Shown: positions 13,379 through 28,253, counted from the first letter of the stretch. The stretch is 64,000 nucleotides of DNA from Eledone cirrhosa (GCA_964016885.1 OZ024740.1:370388001-370452000); one strand, 5' to 3'. The notes: generated by a model not told the origin, from the letters alone. Made by a program: numbers and translations.

Positions 13379-14198
13379 CTTATAAGTGACGAATGCTGTT
13401 GTGTAGAAAGAAAGCTACCGGAGAAAAGTGGTCAAATTCGCAGATTCAACTCGATGTTATGATTGTACAAGTAACAACGGAAATTTACTTTTATTTACAG
13501 GAAGGTGTCCAGTCAAAAATAAACTTGAAATTTAGAGAAACAGATAAAACTGCCGTTCATACATTTCTTTTAAAATATGTAATAATAAAAAATAAAATGT
13601 TACAATTTATAACGATAAAGAATTATGATAAAAGTTATAAGTGCATTGGAATGTAATATTTTATTTAAAAGGTAGATTAAAATGGATTGAAGGCGGAAAG
13701 AATTAAAATGTTGAGGCTAAAATGAATTTAAAAGAAATTAAAATGACGAAATGAATCGAAGTTGATTGAAATAAATTGCCGTTAACAAAGTATTGATGTG
13801 AAAGCCCAGTGTACGATGTAAGAGCAAGGGGGTGCTGTTTGGGTGGAAGTGTGAAGTAACTGGAAATGGTGAGATGTATTAAGAAAACTGGCGTAGATGG
13901 CTACAACGTTTCACAGTCTATTTTATATTAATATCCACCAAATGAAAAAGCGATTGTATACATTAGTGTGGTTTATAGTGGGCGAACAAATATTTTCGTG
14001 CATGTTTACATGAGTTCTAAGACTCTAACCGCAGATTTAGTTTGTTTGAATTTTGTTTCAGGTTGAGCATTTTCTAAAGCATGAACAGTGCGAATGGGAT
14101 CTAAACTCGAGGTTGTGTACAAAGGGATACTGAAAGTTTGGTCAACCGTCTCTCCATGTAACGTGATATATTGATATATTGTCATCCAAAATATATCT

Positions 14199-14261
14199 AA
14201 TTACTCGCGTAAAGAAAAATTCGTTAAATATATTTAACGAATTTTCTTTATGCGAGTAATT
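14199..14261. repeat. Near-perfect palindrome, ~31 bp arms
   Basis: AATTACTCGCGTAAAGAAAAATTCGTTAAATA|TATTTAACGAATTTTCTTTATGCGAGTAATT. Confidence 0.85.
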
Positions 14262-14876
14262 TTTTTCCGGTGAGTCGATTGTATAATTTTCTATTGAACA
14301 CAAAGTATCACAGGATGGAACGTTATCGACATGAGCTATTCTGTCGGTACAAACTTAGTAGCATTAGGCGCCATTACTCTAAGATGTTTACAGAAAATAA
14401 CAACTAAAATTCCAATATCACACCTACCTGCAACTGTCAACCCTGACAACCTCATGCATACTAACATATAGCAATTTGATACTTTGAAATTTCATAAGTA
14501 TTTGTTAAACATCATAATTTCTTTTAAATCATTTAAATGGAACACGTAAATAACTGTAGTCGAGTGTTTAAACATATTTCACTACAGGGAATCATGGCAG
14601 TTTTCCATTGATAATTAATTTCACCCGTTTTAACACAACGTTTAGTATGACTCACTTGTAGTTTTGTTAATTTGTCATTAATAACAAGACCTAAATCAAC
14701 ATTTACATAGTTCAACGCAATTTATCATAAAACCAAGTTTTGTGGAAGGATTTTCTCATAAAAACATATTTTTGTGGAATGTTTTTACAACAATAAGATA
14801 TGATATTAGGAAATGTATATAGGAATATATTATATAGTAATATATTTTATAGGAATATATTAGAGTGTGGACATCT

Positions 14877-15157
14877 CACCGAGGTTAACTTTGCCTTTCG
14901 TCCTTACGGGGTCGATAAAATAAAGTACCAGTAATGCACTAGGTAATTGCTGGCCTTGTGCCAAAAGTAGAAACAATTATTATTGGCGGTGGATTGGCAA
15001 TATCGGTAGATGGTCGGACGCCATGATTTGCCATTCTGAGTTCAAATCCCGCCGAGGTTAACTTTGCCTTTCATCCTTATGGGGTCGATAAAATAAAGTA
15101 CCAATAATGTACTGGGTAATTGCTGGCCTTGTGCCAAAAGTAGAAACAATTATTATT
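14877..15157 (+). mobile_element. Head-to-tail SINE family A dimer (truncated copy + near full-length copy)
   Basis: Two consecutive GAGGTTAACTTTGCCTTTC..GTCGATAAAATAAAGTACC..GTAGAAACAATTATT units. The second has GGCGGTGGATTGGCA and GAGTTCAAATCCC (A/B-box-like). Confidence 0.85.
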
Positions 15158-15523
15158 GTTTTGTTTTCTTTTTTTTTTGCTTCTGGCCATGATTTTTTTC
15201 GATACACTTCCTTTTTTTCAACACTCCCGCCAGACACAATATGTCACGAATCTTTTTCTGGTTTGTTTTAAATTGGAAAACTTCAATTGTCTGAGAAAAT
15301 TCCTGTTATAAATAAGAAAACGGAATTCTCCCTTAAGACGAAAACTGAATTACGAGGACTAATTATGAAAATATCCGATCGTAGTAATGATCACTCGTGT
15401 ACGAAATAGAATCGATGAATAAAAATGAGATACAAAATAACTGCGTAATGAATTTAGTATCTGAGTGTATCAAAACTAATTTCTAATTATACAACTAATG
15501 AACATAAATATATATACATATAT

Positions 15524-15587
<64 letters not shown>

Positions 15588-15942
15588 GAAGTCAATGTTG
15601 CAGTATATGTATAACATTGTACAAACTTTATTGGCATATTGCAATTATTTAGATGTGTCTTGCCAAATTTAAATCGCATATGTGTGGAAATGTTGGAAAA
15701 GAGTTGGGGCCCGGTCATTATGATTGTACCCTAAGCTGATTGATATTGAAACAATTGTAATATGCTGACAAATGTTGTACATATGCTTCAACACTGATTT
15801 CGATTCTACTTACCCTATTTACACTCTGCACACTACAACTGTCTTAACTCAGGAATACAACCCAACGCGAGACGGATCTCGTAACAACATTGAGAGCTTC
15901 GAACACCGGGCCGCCTGTAATTGTAGTTACACACCACGCTAA

Positions 15943-16029
<87 letters not shown>

Positions 16030-17159
16030 TTGTGTGTGTATGTGTGTGTGTGCGTGTGTGCGCGCGTGTGTGTGTGTGTTAAAAGAGTCAGGACCCCGAC
16101 GGCCGAGCTCCACTCTACTGCCCTAAGTATTGAGTACTCCGGTGCGTTATTGTCCACCTGGTATCTTACCACACTCTCTTTGTTTTTTTTATATATATGA
16201 AACTAAGTGCATCCCTGCTGGTCAGGCTAAAACCTTTTACTGTAACGTCTCTCTGAAAAGACATACGTAGATTCGATTCACCTTGTCACTCGCCTCTCTT
16301 CCCTGGATTTTAGCCACAGCAACTGACTTCCAAATACACTCGCTTAAATTCTCCGTGTGCATCTGCCTTTTCTACATCTCTTCATCGATTTACCAGCATA
16401 ATTTCGACCATACTTCTTTTACCCACTCTCTGAACTCATCGTCATCTCGCCTAGTTCATGCTGGCTGTCACACCAATCCTACAAGGGTTCTGCTCTGAAT
16501 CTGCATCTCTCTCAAATCTAAACACGCTAGACTAATGTATTTCATAATACATTAGTCTAGCACAACAAAAACTCAAGTCCCTCAAAATAACTATATTGTC
16601 TTTAAAAATAACTCCCACCATATATTTCTAGATATCCCCCACCCAGCCACCCAAAATATATATCGGAATGGTGTGATGGTCGAAATATTTTTAATGATAG
16701 GTTTTTCCAAATTTGGTAAGGGTACACAATCTGGGGTTAAATAAGAGCAGCAGAAAAGAGTAAGAACACTAACGTGTGTGCATCCAGAAATAGCGAGTCA
16801 ATTGTTCTAGTGTACTTAAAAACTAACGTCATAACCAATATTACTAGTTCATACATCAAAGCAGACAATTGGGATTAATCAACAACAATTAAAAATATAC
16901 AGGATGAAAACAATCGAATGAAACCTGAATTTTATTTGTAAGGATTATAACAATTTCACAGGGATAGGAAACAAAATACATACTTCCTTTGCACCGATTT
17001 TGAGGCCAGAAACTAATTTAACAAAATATGATACAATATATAATTAGATATTTAAAACCCACCTCAACTAATCGTATTAATAACATGTAAACAAGAACAG
17101 TACGAAGAAAATAACCTTATAAAAGATATACACATACACACGGGCACACCAAATAATGT

Positions 17160-17295
17160 TTTTTTCTCATTTTATCGACAGCGTAAGGATGAAAGGCAAA
17201 GTTAACCTCGGCGGGATTTGAACTCAGATCATAAAGCCCCGTAACTCTATGCTGCATGGAGTCCGACTCTCTATCGACACTGGCAACCACCGCCC
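17160..17295 (-). mobile_element. SINE family A
   Basis: Reverse complement of the family A head and core. A 3'-half copy lies at ~17600-17698. Confidence 0.75.
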
Positions 17296-17699
17296 TACAC
17301 ACACACAAAATAATGAAAGCAACAACCATAATAAATACACTTTAAAATATAATGCGATATTTCAAACAACACAAATCAAGCCTACGTAAAGTCTAAGAAT
17401 AACGAGAAGATCACTATAAAAATTCACCCAGCGGTTAATTTGTGCTAATTTCCCTACAGAGAATGTTTGAAATTATATTTTAAAAAATGAAATATAATAA
17501 AATAACCAATAAACTAAGATCACTTTCCGCTTGAGCATGACATGTTTTACATTATATGGTAGACACATGTGGCCAATAAAGAGACGTTTCTTATTTCTTA
17601 TTTTATTATTGATTTCTGATATAGGCCCAAAGCCAACACATTTGGGGAAAGGGTAATGTTGATTAAATCAACCTCAGTACTTGACTGGTATTTTGTTTT

Positions 17700-19300
17700 A
17701 ATGGTGCCTGGGAGGGTGAATGGTATTATTATTGAGAGGCATCCAGCGTGAACGAGGATGTGGAAGATCCGTGTCAGCATATGCCGACGACGTCACCGTA
17801 GTGCTGTCAAACACCAAACACATTCTGGTGATCGGCACCACCCTCAGAGAGTATGAAACGGTAGCAGAAGCAAACCTCCACCAGGAAAAGTCGGTGGGCC
17901 TGCAACTGGGGACCTGGAAGGGTAGGTCCATATCATACAATAGTGCCGTTGAGTGATAGACGTAGAAATCAGTTAAGTTGCTCGGAGTCTGATTTGGTCC
18001 ACACCTCCAGTTAGGAGGAGGTAACAAGCAGGATGGCCACTCTTACCCAGAAATGGACCAAGAGAAAACCATCTCTGAAAGATCGAGGAGAGGTAGCAAA
18101 CGGGCACATCCTATTCCTTATCTACTACCACGAAATCGCCGTGCCTTGTTCTGGTCACCGTCTGACTGCACTGAAGCAAGCGTTTCCTCTTTCCTTTTTT
18201 TTTAGAAAGAACGCACTCAACTCGTCAGGCATTCCATTTGCTATCAAAGCCCACAACGCCGACGACTGGGCATGCCCTGGCTAACAATGTGCAAACATGT
18301 GCTGTAGTTACGTCATCTCCAGCTTTTCCTTGGCGGTGAACATATGTGGTCACCATTTGCTTGAGACATAACTTCAGGTGCTCACAGCCCTCTGCCAATC
18401 GGGCAGTACGATGGGTGGAAATTCTATCTTGGAGTTCAATAGAGAATTAGTGGTGGGTAAAAACGATGACGTTATTGGGGAATTACTATGAGCGACCAAA
18501 ATCAATAGCCACGCATTTCTGGAGGAGGTTTAGTCCAGGGCCCATGGATAACTTCCAGAAATCTCTGGTCTGGTAATGCTACCGGGAAGCATTGACAGTT
18601 CAAAGTATACTCTACAAGCATAGAAGTGTCGTCAGCTGGGCCTGTTCGAGTTGCGCATAGGGTGATAAAACCGTCCTGCACACACCATTTCAGTGCCCGA
18701 GTATTGTTGATTAATGGGTATATGTCAAACACCTTCTGTCATGTGTATGACGGATTCGATTATCAACTGAGTCCATCGTAAAAATCACCGCTCCGTCTCT
18801 CTTCATCCGAGAAGGACAAGTACTTTTTATCTACCTGGGAGCCATGACGAAATTGGGCCTGTGTTTGGAAGCATTTGATAGGATTGAAGAGAAACACTTT
18901 TCTTTTCAGCGAAGCCCTGATCAACCTTTCCAGGTTTCATTTCAAGGGAAAATCAGGGTTGAGTTGAAAATATTATCTTCCAACCAGTTTGTTGAAAGAT
19001 GGGCAAGAGTGATGAGCATGGTTCGAGAGAATGGGCCTTGCTCTGAGTATACACCGGTAGAATGTAGAACAATCACGTGGTAGCACATTCCCCAGCATTT
19101 AGGATTACCATGGCTTTTTGTCATCTTTCTTCAGTAGTTAGCCTTGGAGGTCCTCTCCCCTATTATAGGATGTTGTGTTTATTTTATTTTTTTTTTAGTT
19201 ATTTTATAATCATTTTTAGTCATAAAATCTACACTGTACCATCCTGTGCTGTCTTTATTGTTTGCTAAATGTCAGCCCTCTGTGGCTAATAAAGAAACAT
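17700..19300 (+). mobile_element. Degraded L1/Tx1-clade LINE, 3' part (RT C-terminal half to 3' UTR)
   Basis: VSAYADDVTV, EKSVGLQLGTW, KLLGV*FG, WTKRKPSLKDRGEVAN..ILFLIYY, and a terminal AATAAA. Confidence 0.75.
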
Positions 19301-19339
19301 TTATTATTTTTATTATTATTCGTAACGCTTTTGTTCTCG

Positions 19340-19545
19340 CAGATGTTATGCCGGCACTATATCAAATGAGTGAGCCATAGAATTCTTGATGTTCCTAGCA
19401 AGGCTGCTTTCTGCAATCCTGTCCTAATGGTAAGTCCTAGCTTCTCAAGCCATGGATCCAACCTTCTACTAACGTATCCCAGTACGCCAACCACGATTGG
19501 TATCACGTATACTTGTCTAATTCTCCAGTTTTCTGATTTCTCTCT
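19340..19545 (-). mobile_element. 3' end of an R4/Dong-like RLE LINE
   Basis: WRIRQVYVIPIVVGVLGYVSRRLDPWLEKLGLTIRTGLQKAALLGTSRIL, followed by TAA-rich sequence. Confidence 0.7.
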
Positions 19546-20052
19546 TCAGCGCCTGGTATTAATTCTACCATGTATTAATTCTACCACGCTTCAGTAGTAG
19601 CACATCACACTTGTGTATGCCAAATTCCATTCCTATCTCCGTACTAAATGTATGAACTGTACAAAGGAATCAATATGTTCATAGGATTTCCTATAATATT
19701 CTTCCCTTAGCCTAGTATGTCATTTGTAGTTATTTTAAACTTGTCCCTTCTATAAAATACGGAAGTAAATGAAGCAAGAAATTATTCCATCTGTTGTTTT
19801 CTAATTTACCTTGTTATCCAAATTTTACATCCAATGTCAGCCAGGTTAGATCTAACAAATACAAACTTTATCTTCATAACTTATTTGACGCCATCAGATT
19901 TTTCAACTAACATATTTTGCCCAACGGAAGAAAAACGACGCCTTGTAAATTATGAAGGTTTTCAAGCATTCTTTTCTACTGTGTTGCAAAATTTACAAGT
20001 CGCAGAGTTTCCCCAATTTATATTTACACACACACACAAACATATATATATA

Positions 20053-20144
<92 letters not shown>

Positions 20145-20593
20145 TGTAGTTTTATGATGTCCATAAAACTTGTTTTCTGAAAGAAATGCAAGAAAAAAAT
20201 AAACTATCAAAAATTGTATAATGTATCTATGGTTTTCCAAGAGACATCATCCATTTTACTCTCAAATGTATACACATATTTGCTTATTTGAATTAATTTT
20301 TCAGCGTGTAAAATTATTTCATTTGTACAATTCATCAGTCCCGAGCAGCCCATTCCCATTAATGATTAACATGGCAAGACATCATAGCTTGATTCGAATT
20401 TTTTTTAAATGTAGCATTGTTTTTAATAACAATAGTAAATATTATATTCATTATAACACAAATTTAAGATAGAAAAAAACAGCAATATGAATGTCAATAG
20501 AAAATATTGTATCTAATAAAAATCAAAGGCGTCAATTTACTTGTTTATCCTCATAAACCCCATACACACAATCTCTCCCTCCCCCTGTCTCTC

Positions 20594-20651
<58 letters not shown>

Positions 20652-21149
20652 ACATGCACATACACATACACATATATTATATAATATAATAGCGCGTCTC
20701 GCTCTAAAGTTATTATCAATACTAGCCAAATAACCACCCGCTGGGCGATTTTCAGCTAACATATGTAGTGTGCATATTGATATCATACGCAAATATATAT
20801 GCATATAGATATGATACGTAATTTGAAAAGTAAATTGACAATATGTGCATACATTGAACAAAGACTGTCTTACACTTACTTCTGTAATCAGTAAAGTAAT
20901 CCATGATACATTTTTTAAAAAGGCGATAGCGATAATGAAGATGGAAAAGCGATTAAACTGTTGACGGGAAATGTTCATGAATCACTTGAGAATGTCGATG
21001 GGAAGCTTCAACCAGTAAATTTAAAAATAGATGCTGCTGCTGGTGGGAATGAATGAATTACATTTATCAATATGAAGAGTTGACCTTCGCTATATTGTTG
21101 CTTTACTGTATTTACATATAGACTTCTTAAGTTTTTGTAGTGTCCCTTT

Positions 21150-24020
21150 TCTAGCAATTAAAAAGAAACTGAAATGCATTTCAATTAAAATACAGTGGTA
21201 GCTGTTTCACATGACTGTAGAATATCTTTGTAGACACAGTTGTCAGCAAACAGACCCCTTTCATTTAATATATATTATCTTTTTTTTATTGCAACTATTG
21301 ATAATGCCACATACATCAGACCAGGTGAGAAAAATTCTGTTGGTAATATGCACCTATGTTTTTACATTTCTGCCCTTGGACATTGTTGCATGTAAGGGCA
21401 AAATCTAGTATGACAGAAAATTGCTTGCGAGTAAAAGTGAAAGGTAACTTAAGCTCTTGAGGCACATGAGGTATCCTTGGGATTACCAACCTGGTTCCAA
21501 CATGGGGTCCCATCGGCACTTCAGCTTCAATTACATGATTATGTAGATTGATGATTATGAAGCGTATAACATTGCAATGCCCGTTTAGAGGATCCAGATT
21601 TCTCAGAAGCATGATACAACTGCCTTTCTTCAGTTTATGTTTGTTGATGACTCAGTTGGATCTTGCAGTTCATAATCTACTGTATCGGAGCTTCTGTAGA
21701 TTCTTTCGTGATTAGGGAACTTGTTGAACATGAACCAATCTTGCTGCATCATTTGTTGTAATGATAATGGCTATATTTGCAAGCCATAGTTGGAAGATTT
21801 GTATACACAAATTCACACAGTCCAGACGTTACCATATTCCAGACAAAGTTCATTTGGCAGAGAAATTGTGAATGCACCTAAAGTTGGTACATTTGGAATG
21901 TTACAATTTCCCACAACAAAAAGGCAGTTTGCAAACTGACTTTCATCAGAAGCCCCTGCATTAAGTAACCATTGTTTGGTTGTCATCTCCATGGTTTCCA
22001 CATAGTCCCAGCGATAAGATCCCTTGATGATTGCCTCAACTATTTGTGGTCTAGCACCATGAGGTACAACTGGAAGAATTTGCTTTCAGTCACCAGATAG
22101 TAATACTGTTAGACCATCAAATGGCTTTTTGAAATCTCGAACACCTTTGAAGTTCCTGTCAAATGCATTCAAAGATATACTTATGTTCCATACTTATCTC
22201 ATCAATGATTAGCAGGTCAGCTTGCTGCATAAGTTTACCTGCAGCATCTCTGTTTGTGAAGAAGCAAGTTGATTCAACATTGAGAAGACTCTTGCACTTG
22301 GAATGAAGAGTTCTACCTTTGTGAAGCAAAGCGGTTGCTATTCCACATATGGCAGTGGCAAGTGATGATCTTATGCAGGATTGGATTGGTCTCTATATCA
22401 GGAATCTCACAGTACATTACCTGATCAATGGCATTTGCAGTTTTGCGCTTGCTATCTTCAGCCATTATCAGCAGAATATGAGCCTCGTTTGTGAATATGA
22501 GCCTCGAATGTGAGGCCTCGTTTCTGCCATTCTATTGTAGGAGAATGAGCCACAACTTTTCTTAGGACATGTTTCTTCAGTATGTCATACAAGAGACTGT
22601 CATGCTTGATCTTGAAGACTCTGGCACAAATATCAGGACGGTCCCGGGGTGCAGACTTGCAGACTATTTTCTATTTCATCCCATTTAGGATTAGTTGTTA
22701 CTGTGATGAAATAAGATCGCTTTCCCATGTGTCGAACCATAGTCATCGAATTCTGGAAGCACTCACTGTAGAAGCGAGATGAACCATAAATAGGAGGAAG
22801 AACAATTCTCCGGTCTGCATTTACTGAATCTCCTTCAGTCACAGCATCATACAAACCCTCATACTTTTCAGCTCGTACCATGTTTTGATTGTTGTGGGCT
22901 CATTTGAGGTGACAATGTTCTATTTTTACCTGGGCATCTACAGCATATTGCCGGATCAGCCGCCTTCTCTTCATGATAACCTGAAACCGATAATCAGTAG
23001 AAATCAGTGGGTGTGAGTGTATAGTTGTTGTCAACCCTTTTCAAACCAGCCTGAAACCCATCATTCCCCCTAGAAAAGAGTAGCACATAATGCAGAGGAT
23101 CATAAGAATGGTGCAACTGATGAAGCCTTTGAAGACCACCATCTCTTTTATGAATGATGACCTAATGCTGTATCATGTTGAATAACAGCAATCTCAGATG
23201 TCATGGGAAGATTATATGTACGACAATGAAAATCAGAGTGTTTTATTTTGTCAGCATGTAGGAAAATATTCACATTTTCAGAGACCGGCATTTTAATGAC
23301 TGCCTTGAAGCTTCTTATATAGGTGTTGCTGTAATGCAATACTTCTTGCAGGTCCTACAGGACAGCAGCATCTAAATTAGCATGATGCAAGCGATTTTGA
23401 AGCTCATAATCTGTATCATAGAAGTAAAGCTGCGCAAACCGGGGGAAGCATAATTTAGAAGTAGTGATCCAGTAACATGACAAACTTTACCTTGGATCTT
23501 AAATGTCGGACTAAATCCTGGTGCAACCAATTGAAGCTAAGGCAAGCAGATTGTTATATTCACGTATCTTATGGAGAAAAATGTCCTGCTTGAGTGATAT
23601 TGAAATATTTCAGTATATTTGGTGGAGGAGGAAGTTGAGGGAGTTTCACTTTTCTCTGGAAGCAGCACAGAGATACGGGTCCATGTGGCCACCGATGAGC
23701 TTTGCAGTGCGGACAAACGGAGGCAAAGAGACTCCCTGCATTATGTTGCAGCATTATGGAAAGAACAGTTTGCTCCTGGAAAGATTCATCTGTAGGATTC
23801 TTTACCAGACTATCAATTGACCTGTTACTTCCTCTCTGAACGTTTGGTGTATTTGTTGCAAGTTGTGTTGTTGTGTTAACTGAACTACATTTGAAGAAAT
23901 TTTGTTGGGATTTTGTAGTGCGATTATTGTTTGATTGATTTGCCCTCGTCTCTCTATGCCGTTCTGCATCTGATGCCAAGCGTTGAAATTTAGATGAGAA
24001 ATGTTTTCTGCTTCCCATGA
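21150..24020 (-). pseudogene. Helitron RepHel remnants (Zn finger, Rep motif 1, PIF1-type helicase)
   Basis: CPHCKAHRW..SLCC..KVKLPQLPPPP; RAEKYEGLYDA..IVLP; FITVTTNPKWDEI; MLLRNLDPLNGHCN; LVIPRIP..FTRKQF..FALTCN.VQGQ. Confidence 0.88.
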
Positions 24021-24225
24021 TCACTTTCTGTCATGTATGTATAAATATATGTTATCTCTACGGTGAAATCTTAAAAATAAATATATGTTAAAACGAAAAA
24101 AAATAAAATAAAGCTGACACGGAGAAAAGAAATCTTTAAAATAAATGTATGATTGAAATACATGAGAGACGTGAAATATAAACGTTATGAAAGGACGATG
24201 GAAATATATGAACATTTAACATATA

Positions 24226-24415
24226 ACTGTTTCTACATTTGGCACAAGGCCAGCAATTATCCCAGTTTATTACTGGTGCTTTATTTTATCGACCCCGTAA
24301 AGATGAAAGGCAAAGTTAACCTCGGCGGCATTTAAACTCAGACCATAAAGGGACGTAACTCTTTGCTGCAAAACATGGCGTCCGACCCTCTACCAATACT
24401 GCCAATCCACCGCCC
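24226..24415 (-). mobile_element. SINE family A inserted in the Helitron
   Basis: Near full-length reverse complement of family A. Confidence 0.85.
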
Positions 24416-24712
24416 TGTAACATATAACGATATATAACCGATGTGATATAGCGATAAAAATATAGCATACCTATTACCACTTAAGAATGTGTGAATGTGT
24501 GAATGCAGGTCTGTAGGTGCATATTTTTGTAAGTGTGTCTCTTTTTGCGTGATTACATTTATATAATCATACATATAAATGTATGACCGTCTGCTATTTC
24601 ATGCATCAGACAGAGGAGTAGTATGAGGTAGTCATAACAATAGTGGTAGCAGCACAAAGCGCAGCTGTTGATTATCTGACATACGCTTTAGCGTATGAAA
24701 ACAAAGGTTCTA

Positions 24713-24771
<59 letters not shown>

Positions 24772-26014
24772 ATATAGTCACTGTATCTATCTGTATTTCT
24801 CTCTTCATACACTCACACTCACAATCGCACTCTCTCTTTATTTGTTACTCTGTCTATATATATATGGTAGTTTAAGTGGTGCTGGTGGTGGTAGTGGTTG
24901 TAGTTGAGAGTGATTAAGTTTATTGATACCAATTTTATCAAATCAAAGAACAACAACAGTTATAATGCAGCTGAGCGCTGTACATAATACTTTTCATTAT
25001 CATACATACAACATACTGGTTATGCTAACGAACCTAACTAACCGGAAGTTGAAATTTGAAATTTTTAAAAGAAGTAAATCATGAAATAAGCAATAAAATT
25101 ATTTATGTTTAATCAAGAGTTGCGAAATTTTGTACATAAATTATGCAATATTCATTCATCATTTATTCAAAGTAATCCAACTGTCCCGCACTCTTCCCTT
25201 TATTATAGTAAGATAGTTTCTTGGCTTAAATTTACATAGCTTTCCTACAGATATATTTATATCCAAACAAACGTATGCAACATAGAAATTAAGACATATT
25301 CTGAAATATGTTCAAGTTCCTGCATTCTTGAATAACAGCTAATGGATGAAGATCAGTATTTTAACACATCACGTTTTATGGGGGTAATATTAAAAGAATG
25401 GTTGTTTTAAAATTCAAAACGTTTTTCACCCGGAGTAACACCAGCAATGTAAGAGATAATTTATTATACTTAGATAACATTTTCCCTTTTTCTAATGAAT
25501 CGTATTTTCAGAGATGACAGAAACAGACATTGACGAGTAAAAAGTTGAAAATTAAATAGTTTCAACATTCAGGATTGATTATCTCAATGTAGTTGTATTC
25601 CATTGTCGCTTATTTTCCTGTTTAATTGAAACAGCTTCTGCTACTGTTTCTTGCTGAGCATTTCTATGTTTTGGTCACAGACACAATGTTACTGCAAATA
25701 TTAAAAATCATTTGCATGCGAGGTATTTCTCGCAATCTAAATTATGTTTATTTATATCTTCTATTCCTCGTAGAGGTGGGGGGTCGTTTTACATTTAAGA
25801 AGGTGTTTATAATGTGTATAAAATGTATAATTGGAATGTCTGCTTATAGTTAAAGTCTACAAGAATTAAATTACTTGTAATGGTAAAACTAACGCCAAAA
25901 AGTAATTTAGAAATAATATAACAAATACGATCAGGCATGTATGTACATAGTTGTATAAATGATTATTTGTATATAATTACATGCACACACGCACAAACAG
26001 ACACATACATAAAC

Positions 26015-26058
<44 letters not shown>

Positions 26059-26320
26059 CATTAGCACATACGTGTTAAGTGTATGAAACTTTGTTTACAC
26101 TAAATAAGCACTGTTTTCCTCAATCCTTCAACTACAGATTTCTACCAACGTATATATATATATTTAAGAAGCAAAGAAAATTTCAATGATACGAAAGATT
26201 TCCTAGTGAAATTCAGGTGTATTGCGGGTCGGAATCCAGTTTCGGGGTGAAAAATCCAATTAGAAAATCCAACGAATTTTGAGAGGTCCACGTAAGCGTT
26301 GATAATTATATATATATATA

Positions 26321-28190
26321 AGTTAAAACAATGAAATAAAATTTCAAGTCATTAGGAAAATACTTCACTGCTTTACGATCGTTTCTAGGTGATAATAATA
26401 CATCGTACGCATATTTCGTTATCGATCTATGTAAGGTTAGGTAGAAAATATCAGATAAGGACAATATTTACCTACTTGTATATCATCAGCTGTTGTCAAA
26501 AGCAATGAGAATGTTATTCAATATCAGTAGTAAATTGGGTTTAGTGACCTTATTTGGAGGCTGCCGAAGAATAAACCAATCAAATCGTATGTTGTCAAAT
26601 GATGCTAAGACGAAATAAAACCCACTCTAGCTAAGGTCACGACCTTTTTAAAGGAATGGTTGAAAGGTGTTAAAAATAGAATTACTTATAGAGAAAGGGG
26701 ATTGTATAATAGTGGATTGCAGTTGGTGTAGTGAAATTTAAAAAAATGTTGTATGTTGAGTTATGTTGAATGGAAGTTTTTAGGTGATTATAAATAGAGA
26801 GATATGAGATATACGGAAATAACTAGAATAAATGTAGATAGGTAAGTTAATGGTCATAATTAGGAAGGATAGTATATTAAAATATTAAAATTATAATAAG
26901 TTAATTAAATACAATAATATTATTAATATAATATAATGTAATAAAATAGTCAGTAACACATGAATCTATGGAAACTAAAAAATTAAAAGGTTAAAAGATT
27001 TTAGGAGAAAGGGATATTAATAAAAAGGTTCGTCACATAGAGCTATAGTGAGCTGTTATCTAGAATGTTTAGATAGGTTTATAGTATTTAAATGTTTTTC
27101 GTATACGGTGATTACAAACTATAATCAGTTATTGTCGTTTATTCAATAAATCGTCTTTAGATTTAGTAATTTCCAAGATCTCACCTGAACATAATCTACA
27201 TTCTCTCCTGTTCCCAAGATATGGAATTCTTTGTAGAATGGTATTCCACGATAGTTTGAAATCTATTCCTTTCTTTTTATATTCATTTACTGCTTCAGCT
27301 AAGGATGTGGTGTTAGCTAGCTTAGTATTGTTAAAGCTACTGGAGTGTGCGTAATATCTTTTCTTAAATGTGTTCGATGTAGATCCTATATACGATTTGT
27401 TGGAGTTATTAGTAGACACAGTGCATTTATATATTACATTATTAATCAAACAGTTGCCATTTAAGGGGCAAGCGCTTCTGTTTCTGAAATTACAACCATA
27501 CGTAAGATTAATTCTCATTAATCTTTGAGCTATTCTTATTGCAATTAATGTTAGAGAGAGAATGAGTGCTGCTTTGTGGATGGATTTAGTGCTGGGGTTG
27601 TATTGGGATTTTGTGTTATGCTGTATTTGTGTTGGTGATTTGGGTCGTTGCGTTTTCCAGGTTGAAGAATTGTATTGTTTGTCCTTTTAAGAGATGTAGT
27701 CTTATTTAAATTATGTTGCGGTGGTGTGGTCAAATTATTTTTATTTTTAAATTTATAAATGTTGTAGTTGCTTATTTTCCGTTGGAGATTGTTTGATGTA
27801 GAGTATGAGAATTTAACAGTATACCTGTTAAATATTTTGTGGTATCTGTGGTTTGGTGGAAATTGTTTGTGTAGAATTTCGAAGAATTTTTGAGGGATTT
27901 GTCCAATAGTTTGCGGTTTTTAGTTAATTTCTTCTCACTTATAATAATGTGCTGTGTTCTAAAAGAGTTCCTATGGTCAGTATTTGTATTAGTGGATTTT
28001 GGTAAATCGCAGTGGTTGTATTTGGTGTTATTATTGGGTAGATTATGATATCATGACTCTGTCTTCCTTTTGATGATTTTTTTGTTTACCAGGATTTATT
28101 TTAACCTACAACATGATCAACATATGGATTATTTTGAGTTCTTCATGTAGACTAGACCCCATAACTAACTGTGGATAAATCTGTGTATAT
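26321..28190 (-). mobile_element. Naiad-type PLE 3' fragment (linker + GIY-YIG + 3' UTR) between (TA)n tracts
   Basis: KFFEILHKQFPPNHRYHKIFNRYTVKFSYST; ORF 27129-27518 CNFRNRSACPLNGNC..VIYKC..SYIGSTSNTFKKRYYAH..CRLCSGE..LLNKR. Confidence 0.85.
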
Positions 28191-28202
28191 ATATATATAT
28201 AT

Positions 28203-28246
<44 letters not shown>

Positions 28247-28253
28247 GAATGTA

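Larger units (their letters stand above)
20722..25213 (-). mobile_element. Helitron deletion derivative with both termini
   Basis: On the minus strand, the 5' end is A|TCTTACTATAATAAAAG and the 3' end is hairpin CGCCC-AGC-GGGTG, 9 nt, then CTAG|T. Internal RepHel relics are present. Confidence 0.85.
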
